Below are positions 1 to 10,900 of a DNA stretch of 64,000 nt, one piece after another. Position numbers and translations under genes: made by a program. Positions within the stretch are counted from its first letter, which is position 1, and each line of letters opens with the position of its first letter. Below the pieces are notes generated by a model. It did no database searches and was not told the DNA's origin. It was given only the letters and a program-made list of their open reading frames with translations. The stretch covers positions 480,001 through 544,000 of the forward strand of contig CAVOVB010000001.1 of NCBI GenBank assembly GCA_963699755.1, read 5' to 3'. Source of the stretch: an uncultured delta proteobacterium. GTDB taxonomy: Bacteria > Myxococcota_A > Polyangia > Polyangiales > Houyiibacteriaceae.

Positions 1-390
1 GTTGCGATTCACGGACGGAGCCTGGGCGGTGGCGTGGCCGTGCAGCTCGCTGCGAAGGTGAACCCGGGCGCGCTCGTGATGGAGTCGACCTTCACCTCGC
101 TTGTCGACCTCGCCAAGGAGCACTATCCTTGGCTTCCAACCCGGAGCCTGCTCCGTCATCGCTTCATGACGCGCGACTTCGCCGGGAAGCTGTCATGTGC
201 CGTCCTGGTCGCGCATGGCCGCGCGGATTCCACGGTCGATGTGCATCACGGCAAGGAGCTCGCGATGCTTTTTCGAGCGGACGAGTACATCGAAGTCCCT
301 CGCATGGACCACAACGACGTGCTCTTCGTAGGCACCATTGCGGCACGTTACCTTCAATTCCTCGAAGGCGCGGTGCCCGGCGCTCAGTAG
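1..390 (+). CDS. Alpha/beta hydrolase, 5'-truncated by window edge
   Basis: Frame is open from base 1 (VAIHGRSLGGGVA: GxSxG nucleophile elbow); HGRAD and DHND motifs downstream. Confidence 0.85.
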   Translation, partial: VAIHGRSLGGGVAVQLAAKVNPGALVMESTFTSLVDLAKEHYPWLPTRSLLRHRFMTRDFAGKLSCAVLVAHGRADSTVDVHHGKELAMLFRADEYIEVPRMDHNDVLFVGTIAARYLQFLEGAVPGAQ

Positions 391-463
391 CAGAGCTGAC
401 CCAGCGGCCGTATTCGGTGATGGGCACGCGCTCCCGGCCATCATCGGCTATGGTACCACCCAG

Positions 464-1030
464 ATGCGAATCGCCTCCACTGCCGTCCTCGTTGTTCTCT
501 GCGTTTCTCTCGCGCTCGGTTGCCAACGCGGCAAGGAACAAGCCGTGTTCATCCAGCCGAATATGGTCCAAACGCGAAGCGATGCAGCCCCGGCCGATCC
601 CTTCGGCTCGGCGAGCGACGCGTACGCAGCCTTGCGCGACGCCACGGACGCTGCGCTCGCGCTGCACTGGAGCGGAGCGCTCGAAGACTTCGCGCCATGG
701 CTCGAAGCGCAAACCGTCGCGGTCGAACGGGCGCTCGCCTTGCTCAAGGCGCTTCGGCTGGGGCCGCTCGACGTGTACGCGGTCGCCAACGGACGGATCG
801 CCATGGTGTACGACGGGATCGCGACCTCGCTGACCCAAGCTTCGAAAGAGGCCGAGCGGGCCGGTTTCGATGCCGACTGGAAGGACCAAGAAGAGCGCGT
901 CTGGGAGCAGGCCAATGCATTCTGGGCCCGCTGTTCTCGCGGCTGCAGCGCGAGCGGAACCCACCTGGACGCCTGGGAATTGCGATGCCGCGCGGGACTG
1001 GCCAATAGCCAAGTAAAATCGACCCCTTAG
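464..1030 (+). CDS. Hypothetical helical lipoprotein
   Basis: Signal peptide with lipobox (LALGC); resembles 5638..6306. Confidence 0.7.
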   Translation: MRIASTAVLVVLCVSLALGCQRGKEQAVFIQPNMVQTRSDAAPADPFGSASDAYAALRDATDAALALHWSGALEDFAPWLEAQTVAVERALALLKALRLGPLDVYAVANGRIAMVYDGIATSLTQASKEAERAGFDADWKDQEERVWEQANAFWARCSRGCSASGTHLDAWELRCRAGLANSQVKSTP

Positions 1031-1084
1031 CCCAAAATCAAATCGCCTCGACAGCCCAAGTGAAACATGTTCTATTTCTTCCCT

Positions 1085-3010
1085 ATGGCGAAAAGGAAGA
1101 AAACACTGGCCCCGAAACCGGCTGATCCACCGCTCGTGCTCACCAGGAGCGAGCGCGAACGCTGGGACGATGAGGCCGACGTCGTCGTCGTCGGCTTTGG
1201 TGGTGCGGGGGCCTGCGCGGCACTCGAGGCGAACGCCGAAGGCGCCCGGGTGCTCGTCCTCGACCGCTTCCACGGAGGCGGCGCAACTGCGATTAGCGGC
1301 GGCGTGTTCTATGCCGGCGGCGGGACGCACATCCAAGAGGAAGCGGGCGTCACGGACGATGCCGACGAGATGTTTCGCTACCTTTCGCTCGAGGTGAAGG
1401 GCGTGGTGTCCGCAGAGACACTCCGCGACTTCTGCGACAAGAGCGTCGCCAACCTAGGCTGGCTCGAAGGGCACGGCGTGCCGTTCGAAGCCTCGCTCTG
1501 TCCACATAAGACGAGCTACCCGACCGATGACTACTATCTCTACTACTCGGGCAACGAGGGGTTCTCCCCTTACAAAGACGCGGCCAAGCCCGCACCACGC
1601 GGTCATCGCGCCAAGGGTGCCGGACTCCCGGGCGAAAGCTTCTACGAGCCGCTCCGCCAGTCGGCGCATCGCACAGGCATCAGGGTCGAGTACGAAACCC
1701 GGGTGACGCGGCTCATCGTCGACGGCAGGAACCAGGTCCTCGGTGTCGAGTACCGGCAAATCGAAAAGGGCCTCTGGAGCCAGCTCTACCGGAGGCTGCA
1801 CCAGGCGGGCATTGCCATCGTGAAATACCACCCGAAGACGGCGGCGAGCCTTCGCGAGCGCTGTTACAAAATCGAAGCCGAGCACTCCGTCGTCAGGCGG
1901 GCCCGCGCGGTCAAGGGCGTCGTCTTGGCTGCCGGTGGCTTCATCTACAACCGGCAGATGGTGAAGGAAATCGCCCCGAAATACCGCGCTGGAATGCCTC
2001 TTGGGACCAGCTCCGACAATGGCAGCGGCATCCTGCTCGGCAAGAGCGTCGGCGGGAAGACCGATCTGATGGAGCGGATCTCGGCCTGGCGCTTCATCAA
2101 CCCGCCCGAGGCCTTCGCCAAGGGCATGATCATCAACCAGCGCGGCGAGCGCTACATCAACGAGTTCATGTACGGCGCGGCGGTGGGCGAAGCGATGGTC
2201 GAACGGAACGACGGCGTCGCGCTGCTCATCATCGATGGCGAGCTCAAGAAACTCGCACGGAAGCAGTGCAAGCCAGGCAAGGCCCAATGGTTCCAGCGCG
2301 CGCCGGCGCTGCTGAACTTGTGGTTCAACAGCAAAGAGGCCAAATCGGTCGAAGAGCTCGCGAAGATCACGAAGGTTCCGGTCGAGACGCTTCGTCGGAC
2401 GCTCGACGAATACAACGACGCGGCGGACGGCAAGGTCGCGGACCGTTTCGGCAAAGACCCCGAGAAGATCCACGCCATGCGCAAGGGGCCTTACTTCGTC
2501 ATCGATGCCGGCATCAAGAGCAAGCGCTTCCCCTGCCCGACCCTGACCCTCGGTGGGCTCGTCGTCGACGAGCAAACCGGTCAGGTGAAGAGTGAAAACG
2601 GCGGCGTGATCCCCGGCTTGTACGCTGCCGGACGGAACGCGGTGGGCGTGTGCTCGCGACAGTACGTGAGCGGTCTGTCGATTGCAGACTGCGTATACTC
2701 GGGCCGACGCGCCGGGGGCGCGGCCGCGCGTGGCGAGGTGTACGCGGCCACCAAGAGCCCGGCAACTACCTCGGAATCGTCGCCCATCGAGGCCAAGGCG
2801 GCAGCAGACAATCCGCTCGAGGCTCTGCCGGTGCTCTGTGAGCGTCAGGTCTTCGATCCATCGCCGGAAGCCCATCAAACGCCGGCCCGGCACGCAAGAA
2901 AACATGGCCGCTACCCCCGTGAGGCGCTCAACCGGTCGATTCGCCGCCCCGGCAGCACCACGCGCTCGCCTGGATCGCCGCGCGGTCGTCTTTTGAAGCG
3001 CGCGCCCTGA
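1085..3010 (+). CDS. FAD-binding 3-ketosteroid dehydrogenase-like protein (FAD_binding_2 family)
   Basis: VVVVGFGGAG, GGATAISGG, TLGGL and GLYAAG motifs; low-complexity C-terminal tail. Confidence 0.8.
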   Translation: MAKRKKTLAPKPADPPLVLTRSERERWDDEADVVVVGFGGAGACAALEANAEGARVLVLDRFHGGGATAISGGVFYAGGGTHIQEEAGVTDDADEMFRYLSLEVKGVVSAETLRDFCDKSVANLGWLEGHGVPFEASLCPHKTSYPTDDYYLYYSGNEGFSPYKDAAKPAPRGHRAKGAGLPGESFYEPLRQSAHRTGIRVEYETRVTRLIVDGRNQVLGVEYRQIEKGLWSQLYRRLHQAGIAIVKYHPKTAASLRERCYKIEAEHSVVRRARAVKGVVLAAGGFIYNRQMVKEIAPKYRAGMPLGTSSDNGSGILLGKSVGGKTDLMERISAWRFINPPEAFAKGMIINQRGERYINEFMYGAAVGEAMVERNDGVALLIIDGELKKLARKQCKPGKAQWFQRAPALLNLWFNSKEAKSVEELAKITKVPVETLRRTLDEYNDAADGKVADRFGKDPEKIHAMRKGPYFVIDAGIKSKRFPCPTLTLGGLVVDEQTGQVKSENGGVIPGLYAAGRNAVGVCSRQYVSGLSIADCVYSGRRAGGAAARGEVYAATKSPATTSESSPIEAKAAADNPLEALPVLCERQVFDPSPEAHQTPARHARKHGRYPREALNRSIRRPGSTTRSPGSPRGRLLKRAP

Positions 3011-3095
3011 GCCGCGACGGTGGGAAGGCCGGCGCTAGGTGCGGGCTCGCCTGGCTTGACGGCGACGCAGGCTGGCACAAAGGTGGCGAACTGCG

Positions 3096-3695
3096 ATGAC
3101 GGACAAGCTGAGCGACGAAGAAGCCAGGGAATGCGTTCGAAAGCTCCTCGCCTACATCGGCGATGACCCAGATCGCGAAGGTTTGCTGGACACCCCGAAG
3201 CGGGTGCTCGGCGCGCTCGAGGAGCAGTTTCGCGGTTACCACGAAGACCCAGTGGAACACCTCTCACGGACGTTCACCGAGGTCGAAGGCTACGACGAGC
3301 TCGTGTTGGTGAGCGACATCGAGATCTACAGCCACTGCGAGCATCACGTCGTGCCCTTCGTCGGCAAGGCACACGTGGCCTACATCCCGAACGGCAGGGT
3401 CGTTGGCCTGTCGAAGATCGCCCGTGTCGTCGACACCTTCGCGAAGCGCTTGCAAGTTCAAGAAAAGCTCACCGCGCAGATCGCCAACGCAATGGACGAG
3501 ACCCTCTCCCCCCAGGGCACAGCCGTCATCCTTCAATGCCAGCATTTCTGCATGTGTTACCGCGGCGTCCGCAAACCCGGCTCCTGGACGACCACCAGCC
3601 GCCTGACCGGCTGTTTCCTCAAGGACGAAGCCGCACGCATGGAGCTCCTGACCCTCGTCGGCATGCATCGATCGATCGGCGGCGCGGGCGCCTAG
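3096..3695 (+). CDS. folE: GTP cyclohydrolase I
   Basis: REGLLDTPKR, SHCEHH, GLSKIAR, RLQVQE and HFCMCYRG motifs. Confidence 0.95.
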   Translation: MTDKLSDEEARECVRKLLAYIGDDPDREGLLDTPKRVLGALEEQFRGYHEDPVEHLSRTFTEVEGYDELVLVSDIEIYSHCEHHVVPFVGKAHVAYIPNGRVVGLSKIARVVDTFAKRLQVQEKLTAQIANAMDETLSPQGTAVILQCQHFCMCYRGVRKPGSWTTTSRLTGCFLKDEAARMELLTLVGMHRSIGGAGA

Positions 3696-3762
3696 CCTGC
3701 TATTTGCCGGCGACCTCATCGGTGCTCTCGATCTCCAGGCCCGGCCGGCGTAAGCTAGCTTC

Positions 3763-5406
3763 ATGCATGAGCAGCACTACGACTGGGTGATCATCGGTTC
3801 GGGCTTCGGCGGAAGCGTCTCCGCGTATCGCCTGACACAGAAGGGGTACAGGGTCCTCGTCCTCGAGAAGGGGCGGCGCTTCGAGGACGAAGACTTCCCG
3901 AAGAACAACTGGGATCTGAAGCGCTGGATGTGGAACCCTTCGCTCGGCCTGAAGGGAATCTTCCAAATGTCTTTCATGAAGCACATGACCGTGCTTCACG
4001 GCGTGGGCGTCGGCGGCGGTTCGCTGGTGTATGCCAACACCTTGCCTACGCCGAAGTCGGCGTTCTTTCAGTCGGGGTCCTGGAGCAGTCTCGCCGACTG
4101 GGAATCTGAGCTCGCGCCGCACTACGCGACGGCCAAACGGATGCTCGGGGCTCAGCCGAATCCGGTCGTCACCAAGGGCGACCAAGTCGTGCGGGAGATT
4201 GCGCAGGACATCGGCCGCGAAGAGCACTTTCACCCGACGGAAGTCGCGGTGTACTTCGGGGAGCCCAACAAAAAGGTGCCCGACCCGTTTTTCGACGGCG
4301 AGGGGCCCGACCGCGTAGGCTGCAACTTCTGCGGCGCTTGCATGACCGGCTGCCGAATCGGGGCGAAGAACACGCTGGTCAAGAACTACCTGTACCTGGC
4401 CGAGAAGAACGGCGCCGAGGTGCTCCCCGAAACCCAGGTGACCGCCATTCGGCCGAACGAGGGCGGCGGCTACCGCGTCGAGACCCGGCCCACCTTTGGC
4501 AAGGGCGAGGGCCGCACCTTCACGGCCGACCGAGTCATCCTCTCGGGCGGCGTGATGGGCACGATGCCGCTCCTGCTGCAGATGAAGGAAGACCCGGACG
4601 GACTTCCCATGCTCTCCGACCGCGTCGGTGATTTCGTTCGCTCGAACAACGAGGCGCTCATCGCGGTCGTCTCGCCCAAGAAGGGCACGAACTTTTCGAA
4701 GGGCGTGGCGATTACCTCGATTTTGCACACCGATGAGCACAGCCACTTGGAGCCGGTTCGCTATGGCGCAGGGTCCGGGTTTTTCCGAACCTTGCTGGCG
4801 CCGCACGCGCCGGGGCCGACCGTGCTCTCCCGGATTTGGGGCGGCATCGCGGCCTTCATACGCCAGCCCGTTCGCTGGCTGCGGGCGCTCTTCGTGAGCG
4901 ACCTGGCCAAACATTCGCAGGTGCTGCTCTACATGCGGACGCTCGAAGGCACCCTGCGCATGAAGCTAGGGCGGGAGTGGCGAACCGGGTACCGACGCGC
5001 GCTCGTCACCGAGGTGGACGACCCGAGCCAGGCGCCTTCGGCGTTCATGGAGGAGGCGACCGACCTCGCCGAGCGCTTTGCCGACAAGGTCGAGGGGGTG
5101 ACGACAACGCTCATGACGGAAACGCTCTTGGGCGTGCCGTCGACCGCGCACATTCTCGGCGGCGCCTGCATGGGCGACTCCGTGGAGACGGGCGTCATCA
5201 ACGACAAGCACGAGGTGTTCAACTACCCGGGGCTCTATGTCATCGATGGTTCCGCAATTTCGGCAAACCCGGGCGTGAACCCTTCGCTGACGATCACGAC
5301 GCTTGCGGAACGCGCGATGAGCCTCATCGAGGCGAAGCATCGACCGGCGTCGCTCGAACCGTCGAACGAGAACGTGCGTTCGTCTGAAAACGTCGCACAC
5401 GTGTAA
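3763..5406 (+). CDS. GMC oxidoreductase, cholesterol oxidase (ChoD-like)
   Basis: IIGSGFGGSV, GVGGGSLVYANT, CxxCGxCMTGC, TAHILGG and GVNPSLTI motifs. Confidence 0.85.
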   Translation: MHEQHYDWVIIGSGFGGSVSAYRLTQKGYRVLVLEKGRRFEDEDFPKNNWDLKRWMWNPSLGLKGIFQMSFMKHMTVLHGVGVGGGSLVYANTLPTPKSAFFQSGSWSSLADWESELAPHYATAKRMLGAQPNPVVTKGDQVVREIAQDIGREEHFHPTEVAVYFGEPNKKVPDPFFDGEGPDRVGCNFCGACMTGCRIGAKNTLVKNYLYLAEKNGAEVLPETQVTAIRPNEGGGYRVETRPTFGKGEGRTFTADRVILSGGVMGTMPLLLQMKEDPDGLPMLSDRVGDFVRSNNEALIAVVSPKKGTNFSKGVAITSILHTDEHSHLEPVRYGAGSGFFRTLLAPHAPGPTVLSRIWGGIAAFIRQPVRWLRALFVSDLAKHSQVLLYMRTLEGTLRMKLGREWRTGYRRALVTEVDDPSQAPSAFMEEATDLAERFADKVEGVTTTLMTETLLGVPSTAHILGGACMGDSVETGVINDKHEVFNYPGLYVIDGSAISANPGVNPSLTITTLAERAMSLIEAKHRPASLEPSNENVRSSENVAHV

Positions 5407-5416
5407 GGGTCAGAAC

Positions 5417-5565
5417 CGGCAGGCGGCAGCGCGAGCCCGAAGGGCGAAGCCCGGCGCGAAGCGCCGGCAAGGCAGAGCGAAGCGAATGCCGCTCCAGGGA
5501 GGATTACGGGTGGGGTGGGCGGGCGCTGTAGCTAAACCTGACCAGGCAACCCGCCCAAGACCCGT
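5417..5565. repeat. Intergenic cluster of GAA-loop hairpins (REP-like)
   Basis: gccc-gaa-gggc 5435-5445, gggc-gaa-gccc 5442-5452, ccggcgc-gaa-gcgccgg 5451-5467, gc-gaa-gc 5477-5483; second stem acgggt/gggcggg...cccgccc/acccgt. Confidence 0.55.
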
Positions 5566-5637
5566 CCCCTAACATCCGCGGCAGCACAAGCCGAGCGGCG
5601 ACTCCCCCCAACACCCGCAGCCACAAAGGCGCTGCCT

Positions 5638-6306
5638 CTATCGTCCCGTCACCAACTGCGTCAACGTCGCTTCCGGCTCCACCGGCTCTGGGGGTTCGAG
5701 CTTGAAGGTGTCGACGACTTCGCCGCCGCGTTCGTCGCAGTAGTAGGCCCACTCGCCCCACTGCGGATCGTCTAGCTTGAGGAAGAGCGCCACGCAGGCG
5801 TAATAGGCGCGCGCGGAGAGCTCTGCGAAGGGCGTCAGGTGTTCGGTGAGCGCATTGGTGTAGATCTCGAGCAGCTCTTTGTCCTCTGCGATGTTCTCGG
5901 GGACAGGAGCGCCGCGGATACTGCCCGCCATGTCCTCGTACATGTAGCCGAAGAGCGCCGTTCCGATGCCGCGCTCGAAGAGCGAATGGGTGCGGAGAGC
6001 CTGCGTGGCCGCAAGCGCACGGTCGGTCGCCGCTTGGCGTCGAAGGATCCAATCGCGAAACGCGCCTTCGGCCCAAGTTTGAATGACCTCTTCAGTAGCG
6101 CCGTCCGGGGGCTCAGGCGGACGAACCGCCACCGCTTCTTCGACCCGGCGCCAGAGCTCCTGCAAGTCGGCGCTGAGCTCTTCGCGCGGATAGACAGGCT
6201 GGGGAACCGGTATCGGGCCCACCACGCCTTCCTGCGAGCCATCCGGAGTCTGCCGCCCGGCGCAGCCCATTCCAAAGGCCAAGACGAATAGAAGCCAACG
6301 CCGCAT
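5638..6306 (-). CDS. Hypothetical helical lipoprotein
   Basis: Lipobox (FGMGC); resembles 464..1030. Confidence 0.7.
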   Translation of the reverse strand: MRRWLLFVLAFGMGCAGRQTPDGSQEGVVGPIPVPQPVYPREELSADLQELWRRVEEAVAVRPPEPPDGATEEVIQTWAEGAFRDWILRRQAATDRALAATQALRTHSLFERGIGTALFGYMYEDMAGSIRGAPVPENIAEDKELLEIYTNALTEHLTPFAELSARAYYACVALFLKLDDPQWGEWAYYCDERGGEVVDTFKLEPPEPVEPEATLTQLVTGR

Positions 6307-6396
6307 GCGGCGACGTTAACAGGCGGAGATCGGCCGCGCGAATTTTGGGCGGAATGCCGGTTGACTTCGTCGCCCAGTTCGCAGTTCCATCGGTAA

Positions 6397-7173
6397 ATGG
6401 CCCCGTCACTAGTCGAGCTGACCGACGCCGCCAGCGTCGACCGCGCCGCCCGAGCCCTCTTCGGCAGCCCTCTCGAGGCGAGGCCGGCGGTTTCGCAAAG
6501 CTTTGCCGCCTGGCGCAGCGCCGAAGGGGAGCCTCTGACCTCGATCCTCATCAACGAGCACAGTCCGAAGAGCGAACTCGATCTCCTTGCCCTCCACATC
6601 GCGCGGGCGCGGTCCGATGCGATCGTCATCACGGGAAAGATCCTTCGGGAGGAGCCCATGCTCAGCTTTGACCTCCGCGCCGATCCGCGCTGGGGCGACG
6701 CGTTGGTAGACTGGCGGGAACGCCGCTGGGCGCTCTTCGAACCGCCTTGGCTGCTCATCCTGACGGGCCGCGGCGAGCTCGACTTCGACCACCCGGTCTT
6801 TCACGGATGGGCGAGGCCGCTCATCTTCACGAACGACCGCGCCGCAGCTCGCAAGCTCGCGGCCGCCCCCGTCCCCGTCGTCGCGGACGAAGCGCCCGAC
6901 ATCCGGCGTGCGATCCAGCACCTTCAGGTCACTCGGGGCTGCGAGTGCGTGTCCATCGAGGCGGGCCCTTCGACGGTTCGTGCGCTCTACGAACGTCCCA
7001 TGGCCATCAAAGAGCTGCTGCTGTCGGTCTACCTCGAGCCGACACTCGACGAACGGGCACAGGGAGCTCCGCTCATTTCGCTTTCCGAAGTTCGCGCGCT
7101 GTTCCGCACCGAGACCTGCACCGTCCATCGCGAAGAGGGACAGCATTGGAGCTTTCACAGGCTCCGGCGCTAG
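6397..7173 (+). CDS. RibD C-terminal/dihydrofolate reductase-like protein
   Basis: RARSDAIVITGKILREEP and SIEAGPS motifs. Confidence 0.7.
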   Translation: MAPSLVELTDAASVDRAARALFGSPLEARPAVSQSFAAWRSAEGEPLTSILINEHSPKSELDLLALHIARARSDAIVITGKILREEPMLSFDLRADPRWGDALVDWRERRWALFEPPWLLILTGRGELDFDHPVFHGWARPLIFTNDRAAARKLAAAPVPVVADEAPDIRRAIQHLQVTRGCECVSIEAGPSTVRALYERPMAIKELLLSVYLEPTLDERAQGAPLISLSEVRALFRTETCTVHREEGQHWSFHRLRR

Positions 7174-7212
7174 CGGGGCACGCCTTCGCGCACTAGCCTT
7201 GGCGCCTTCACC

Positions 7213-7890
7213 ATGCCGAACCTCTTCCAGCGAATCCCCCGAAACGCCTTCCTTCTCATCGCACTGTTGGCGCTAGTCGTCATGAGCCCGGCGGTGACGA
7301 AGAGCGGCTCGGCCTGGCTCCTCGAGTTGTTTTTCGATGCGATCCTTTTAACCGGCGTCCACTCGGTGGGCCCGGGGAAGCACCGATGGCCGTTCGTGGT
7401 CTTGACCGTCTTCACGCTCGGCGTTCGCTGGACCGAGCGCCTCTCCGGCGTTGTCGCGCTCGACGTGGGCGCCTTGGCCGTCACCGTGATTTGGCTGGCG
7501 TACGCCGTCTGGATCATCATCGCCCACTTGTTCCAGCGTCGAGACGTGAGCGTGGACACGCTCCTCGGGGCCATGGTGGCCTACCTCTTGGTGGCAGTCG
7601 CATTCACCCTGATGTTCGAAATCATCGAGCTTCGGCACCCAGGTTCGTTTTCCGGGCTTTCGCCGTCCGCTGGCGACGATCGACGAGAGCTGAGCAGCTC
7701 GATGGTGTACTTCAGCCTAGTTTGCATCACGACGATGGGATTCGGCGACATCGCGCCGGTTTCCCATCTTGCCCGCCCGCTCGCCGTACTCGAAGGGGTG
7801 TTCGGCCAGCTCTACCTCGCGGTGATGATTGCCAGGCTGGTCGGCCTGCACATTGCCGGCGGCGACAAGCAGGAGCCTAGGCAACGGTAG
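7213..7890 (+). CDS. Potassium channel family protein (Ion_trans_2)
   Basis: YFSLVCITTMGFGDI pore motif; several TM helices. Confidence 0.85.
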   Translation: MPNLFQRIPRNAFLLIALLALVVMSPAVTKSGSAWLLELFFDAILLTGVHSVGPGKHRWPFVVLTVFTLGVRWTERLSGVVALDVGALAVTVIWLAYAVWIIIAHLFQRRDVSVDTLLGAMVAYLLVAVAFTLMFEIIELRHPGSFSGLSPSAGDDRRELSSSMVYFSLVCITTMGFGDIAPVSHLARPLAVLEGVFGQLYLAVMIARLVGLHIAGGDKQEPRQR

Positions 7891-7916
7891 CCGGGTTGCT
7901 TCGGCGAAGTCGCGTT

Positions 7917-10900
7917 TTACGCGGGCGCAGGCGTCGTAGTTCGGTCGTCGCCCTTCTTTGCCTTGAACAAGATCGCGTAGAACGTGGGCACGACGATCAT
8001 GGTGAGCACGGTCGCCACCAGCAGACCGCCGACGATGGTGACCGCCATGGCGACGTAAAATGCGTCGGTGAAGAGAGGGATCATGCCGAGCACCGTCGTC
8101 GCCGCGGCCATCGCGACCGGGCGCAAACGGCTCACCCCGCTGTCGAGCACGGCGTCATAGGTCGGCTTCCCCTGGCGGACCTGCAGGTCCATTTCGTCGA
8201 CGAGCACGATCGCGTTCTTGATGAGCATCCCCGACAGGCTGAGGAAGCCGAGCAGCGCCATGAAGCCAAAGGGCTGTCGGAAAAGCAGAAGGCCCCCCGT
8301 GACGCCGATCAGCGCAAGCGGCACCGTGAGCCAAATGGCCAAGGGCTGGCGAATCGCGTTGAACAAGCCGACCACGATCAAGACCATGATGCCGAAAAAC
8401 AGGGGGATGGGCGCGAAGAGCGCGGCCTGCGCATCCTGGGTGCTCTCGTACTCGCCGCCCCATTCGACGTGATAACCGGGGGGAAACGGCAGGGCCTCGA
8501 TCTTCGGCGCGAGTCGGCCCCAGAGAGCCGGCGCCGAATCGTGCGTCGGGTCGGTCACCACCGTGAGGGTGCGCTTGCGGTTCCGGCGTTCGACGACCCG
8601 ATCGCTGAACTTCGTTTCGAGGCCGGTCACGACGTTCGCCATGGGAACGTAGCGCTGCGAGACGGGGCTCCAGATCGGGATCTGCGTCAGGTTCGACACG
8701 TCGAGCCGGAGCGGGGCCGGCTGCCGAAACACAACGGGAATGACTTCATCGCGCTCGCGGTAGACACCCACGCGCCGCCCTTCGAAGGTCGATTGAATCG
8801 CCTGAGCAACGGTGCGGGTCGTGATCCCCTGGGCATCGGCCTGCTCTTCGGAGAGCCGCGGGTGAATCACCTTGACGCGCTCGAACCAGCGCCCCCGAGA
8901 GCCCTTGGCATCGCCATCGGCTTCCATGATGGCGAGCGTCTGCTGCTCGAGGTCCCGGAGCACGTCGACGTCCGGGCCCACGAGCCGGGCTTCGATCTTG
9001 CCTGGCTTGCTCGGCCCCAAGTCGAAGGTTCGACCGAACGAGATCGCATCCGGGGCAACGCTTTGAACGTAGTCTTCCGCCCGTTTGATGTCCTCTGCGA
9101 GCGTCTGGTAGTTCTCGATGTCGACCAAAAACTGGGCGAAGCCGCTGTGCTCTTTTTCGGGCGTGAAGGTCAATATGAAGCGCAGTGGACCTTGACCGAT
9201 CGATGAGGCCACGTGAGTCACCCCCTCGAGCTCAGCCAGCCCCTTCTCGATGATGTCTACTCTGCTTTCGGTCACGTCGATGTCCTGATCGACCGGCCAG
9301 AAGACATCCAGCCGGAACTTGGGCGTCGTCGAAGCCGGGAAGAACGACTTGTCGGTGAACTGGAAGCCATAGACCGAGAGCGCGAAGACACCGGCGACCA
9401 CGGCGACGGTGACCCAGCGAAACTGAATACAAAGCGCGAGGAACGTCCGGTACCGCCTGTAGAAGGCGCTCTCCTCTGCGCCCTTGCTGTCGCGCAGCTC
9501 CTTCTCGGTCGGAGGCTTGAGGAACCAGATACCCAAGATCGGCGTGATGGTCATGGCCGTCACCCAGCTAAGCGAAAGCGCGATCCCAATCACGATGAAC
9601 AAGGACTGGCAGAACTCACCGGTGCTGTCGGGGGACAAGCCGATCGCCGCAAAGGCGATGATGGCCACTGCGGTTGCACCGAGCAGCGGCATCGATGTTT
9701 GACCCGCGACCTCGCGGGCTGCCTCCTCGGCGTCCATGCCGTCTTTGATGCGCACCAGCATGCCATCGATGATGACGATGGCGTTATCGACGAGCATCCC
9801 GAGCGCGATGATCAGCGCGCCAAGCGAAATACGCTCGAGGGCCACGCCGGCCGGTCCCATGAAGATGAACGTAGCAGCGATGGTGAGGACCAAGACGAAG
9901 CCGATGATCAAGCCGCTCCGGAGCCCCATGAACAGCAAGAGGACGACGATCACGATCAAGACCGCCTCGACGAGATTGATCAGGAAGGCATCGATCGCCG
10001 TGGTGACCATGTCGGACTGCATGTAGATGACCTCGAGCTCCATCCCGAGGGGGAACCGGCCCTCGAGCTCTTGGAGGCGCTGCTTGATGCCCTCGCCCAT
10101 GCTGACGACGTTCCCGCCCGTCTCGGTCGACACGCCAATGCCGATGGCCTTGTGTCCGTCCATGTGCAGCTTGCTGCGGGCTGGGTCTTTGTACCCACGC
10201 TTGATGTTCGCGATGTCGCGAAGCCGCGTCTGCGACTTGTCCCCTTGGCTGATGAGAATGTCCCCGAGGTCCTGCGAGGAGTGGATCAGCGAGTCGGGTT
10301 GGATGTTCAGGTGCTCTGGGCCAGCCTGCACTTTGCCTGCGTCGACGACAATGCCCTCGGCGACGAGCTGATTGGCAATGACCTCCGGCGAAATCCCGAT
10401 CTGCGAAAGTCGCTCTCGGTCAAACTCGATGTAGATGACTTCGGGGACCACACCAAAGAGCTCGACCTTCGCGACGTCTTTGACGAGGACGAGCTCCTTA
10501 CGCAGCATTTTCGCTACGTCGTAGAGCTCGCGATAGCTGTACTCGTCTCCATGGAGCGCGAAAAACACGCCGTAGACGTCCGAATAGTCGTCGTTCACCA
10601 CGGAGGGCCCGGCGCCGGGCGGCAAGTTGGCCTGGGCATCGCCTACTTTGCGCCGAAGCTCGTCCCAGACCTGAGGCAGCTCTTTACTCTTGACGGTCGA
10701 ACGCATCTCCACGGTGATGGTCGACATGCCCGGGACGTTCCGTGACTCGATTCGCTTGATCTTGCCGAGCTTTTGAATCGCGAGCTCGAGCTCGTCGCTC
10801 ACCTCTTCCTCGACCTCGTACGGCGTTGCGCCGGGGTACGGCGTGATGACCAGCGCCTCCTTGATGGTGAACTCGGGGTCTTCGAGCCGCGGCAGGCTGT

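Noticed and set aside
2760..3010. Extra domain or RNA in the dehydrogenase C-terminal tail
   Set aside because: Low-complexity, no motif; likely read-through after stop-codon loss
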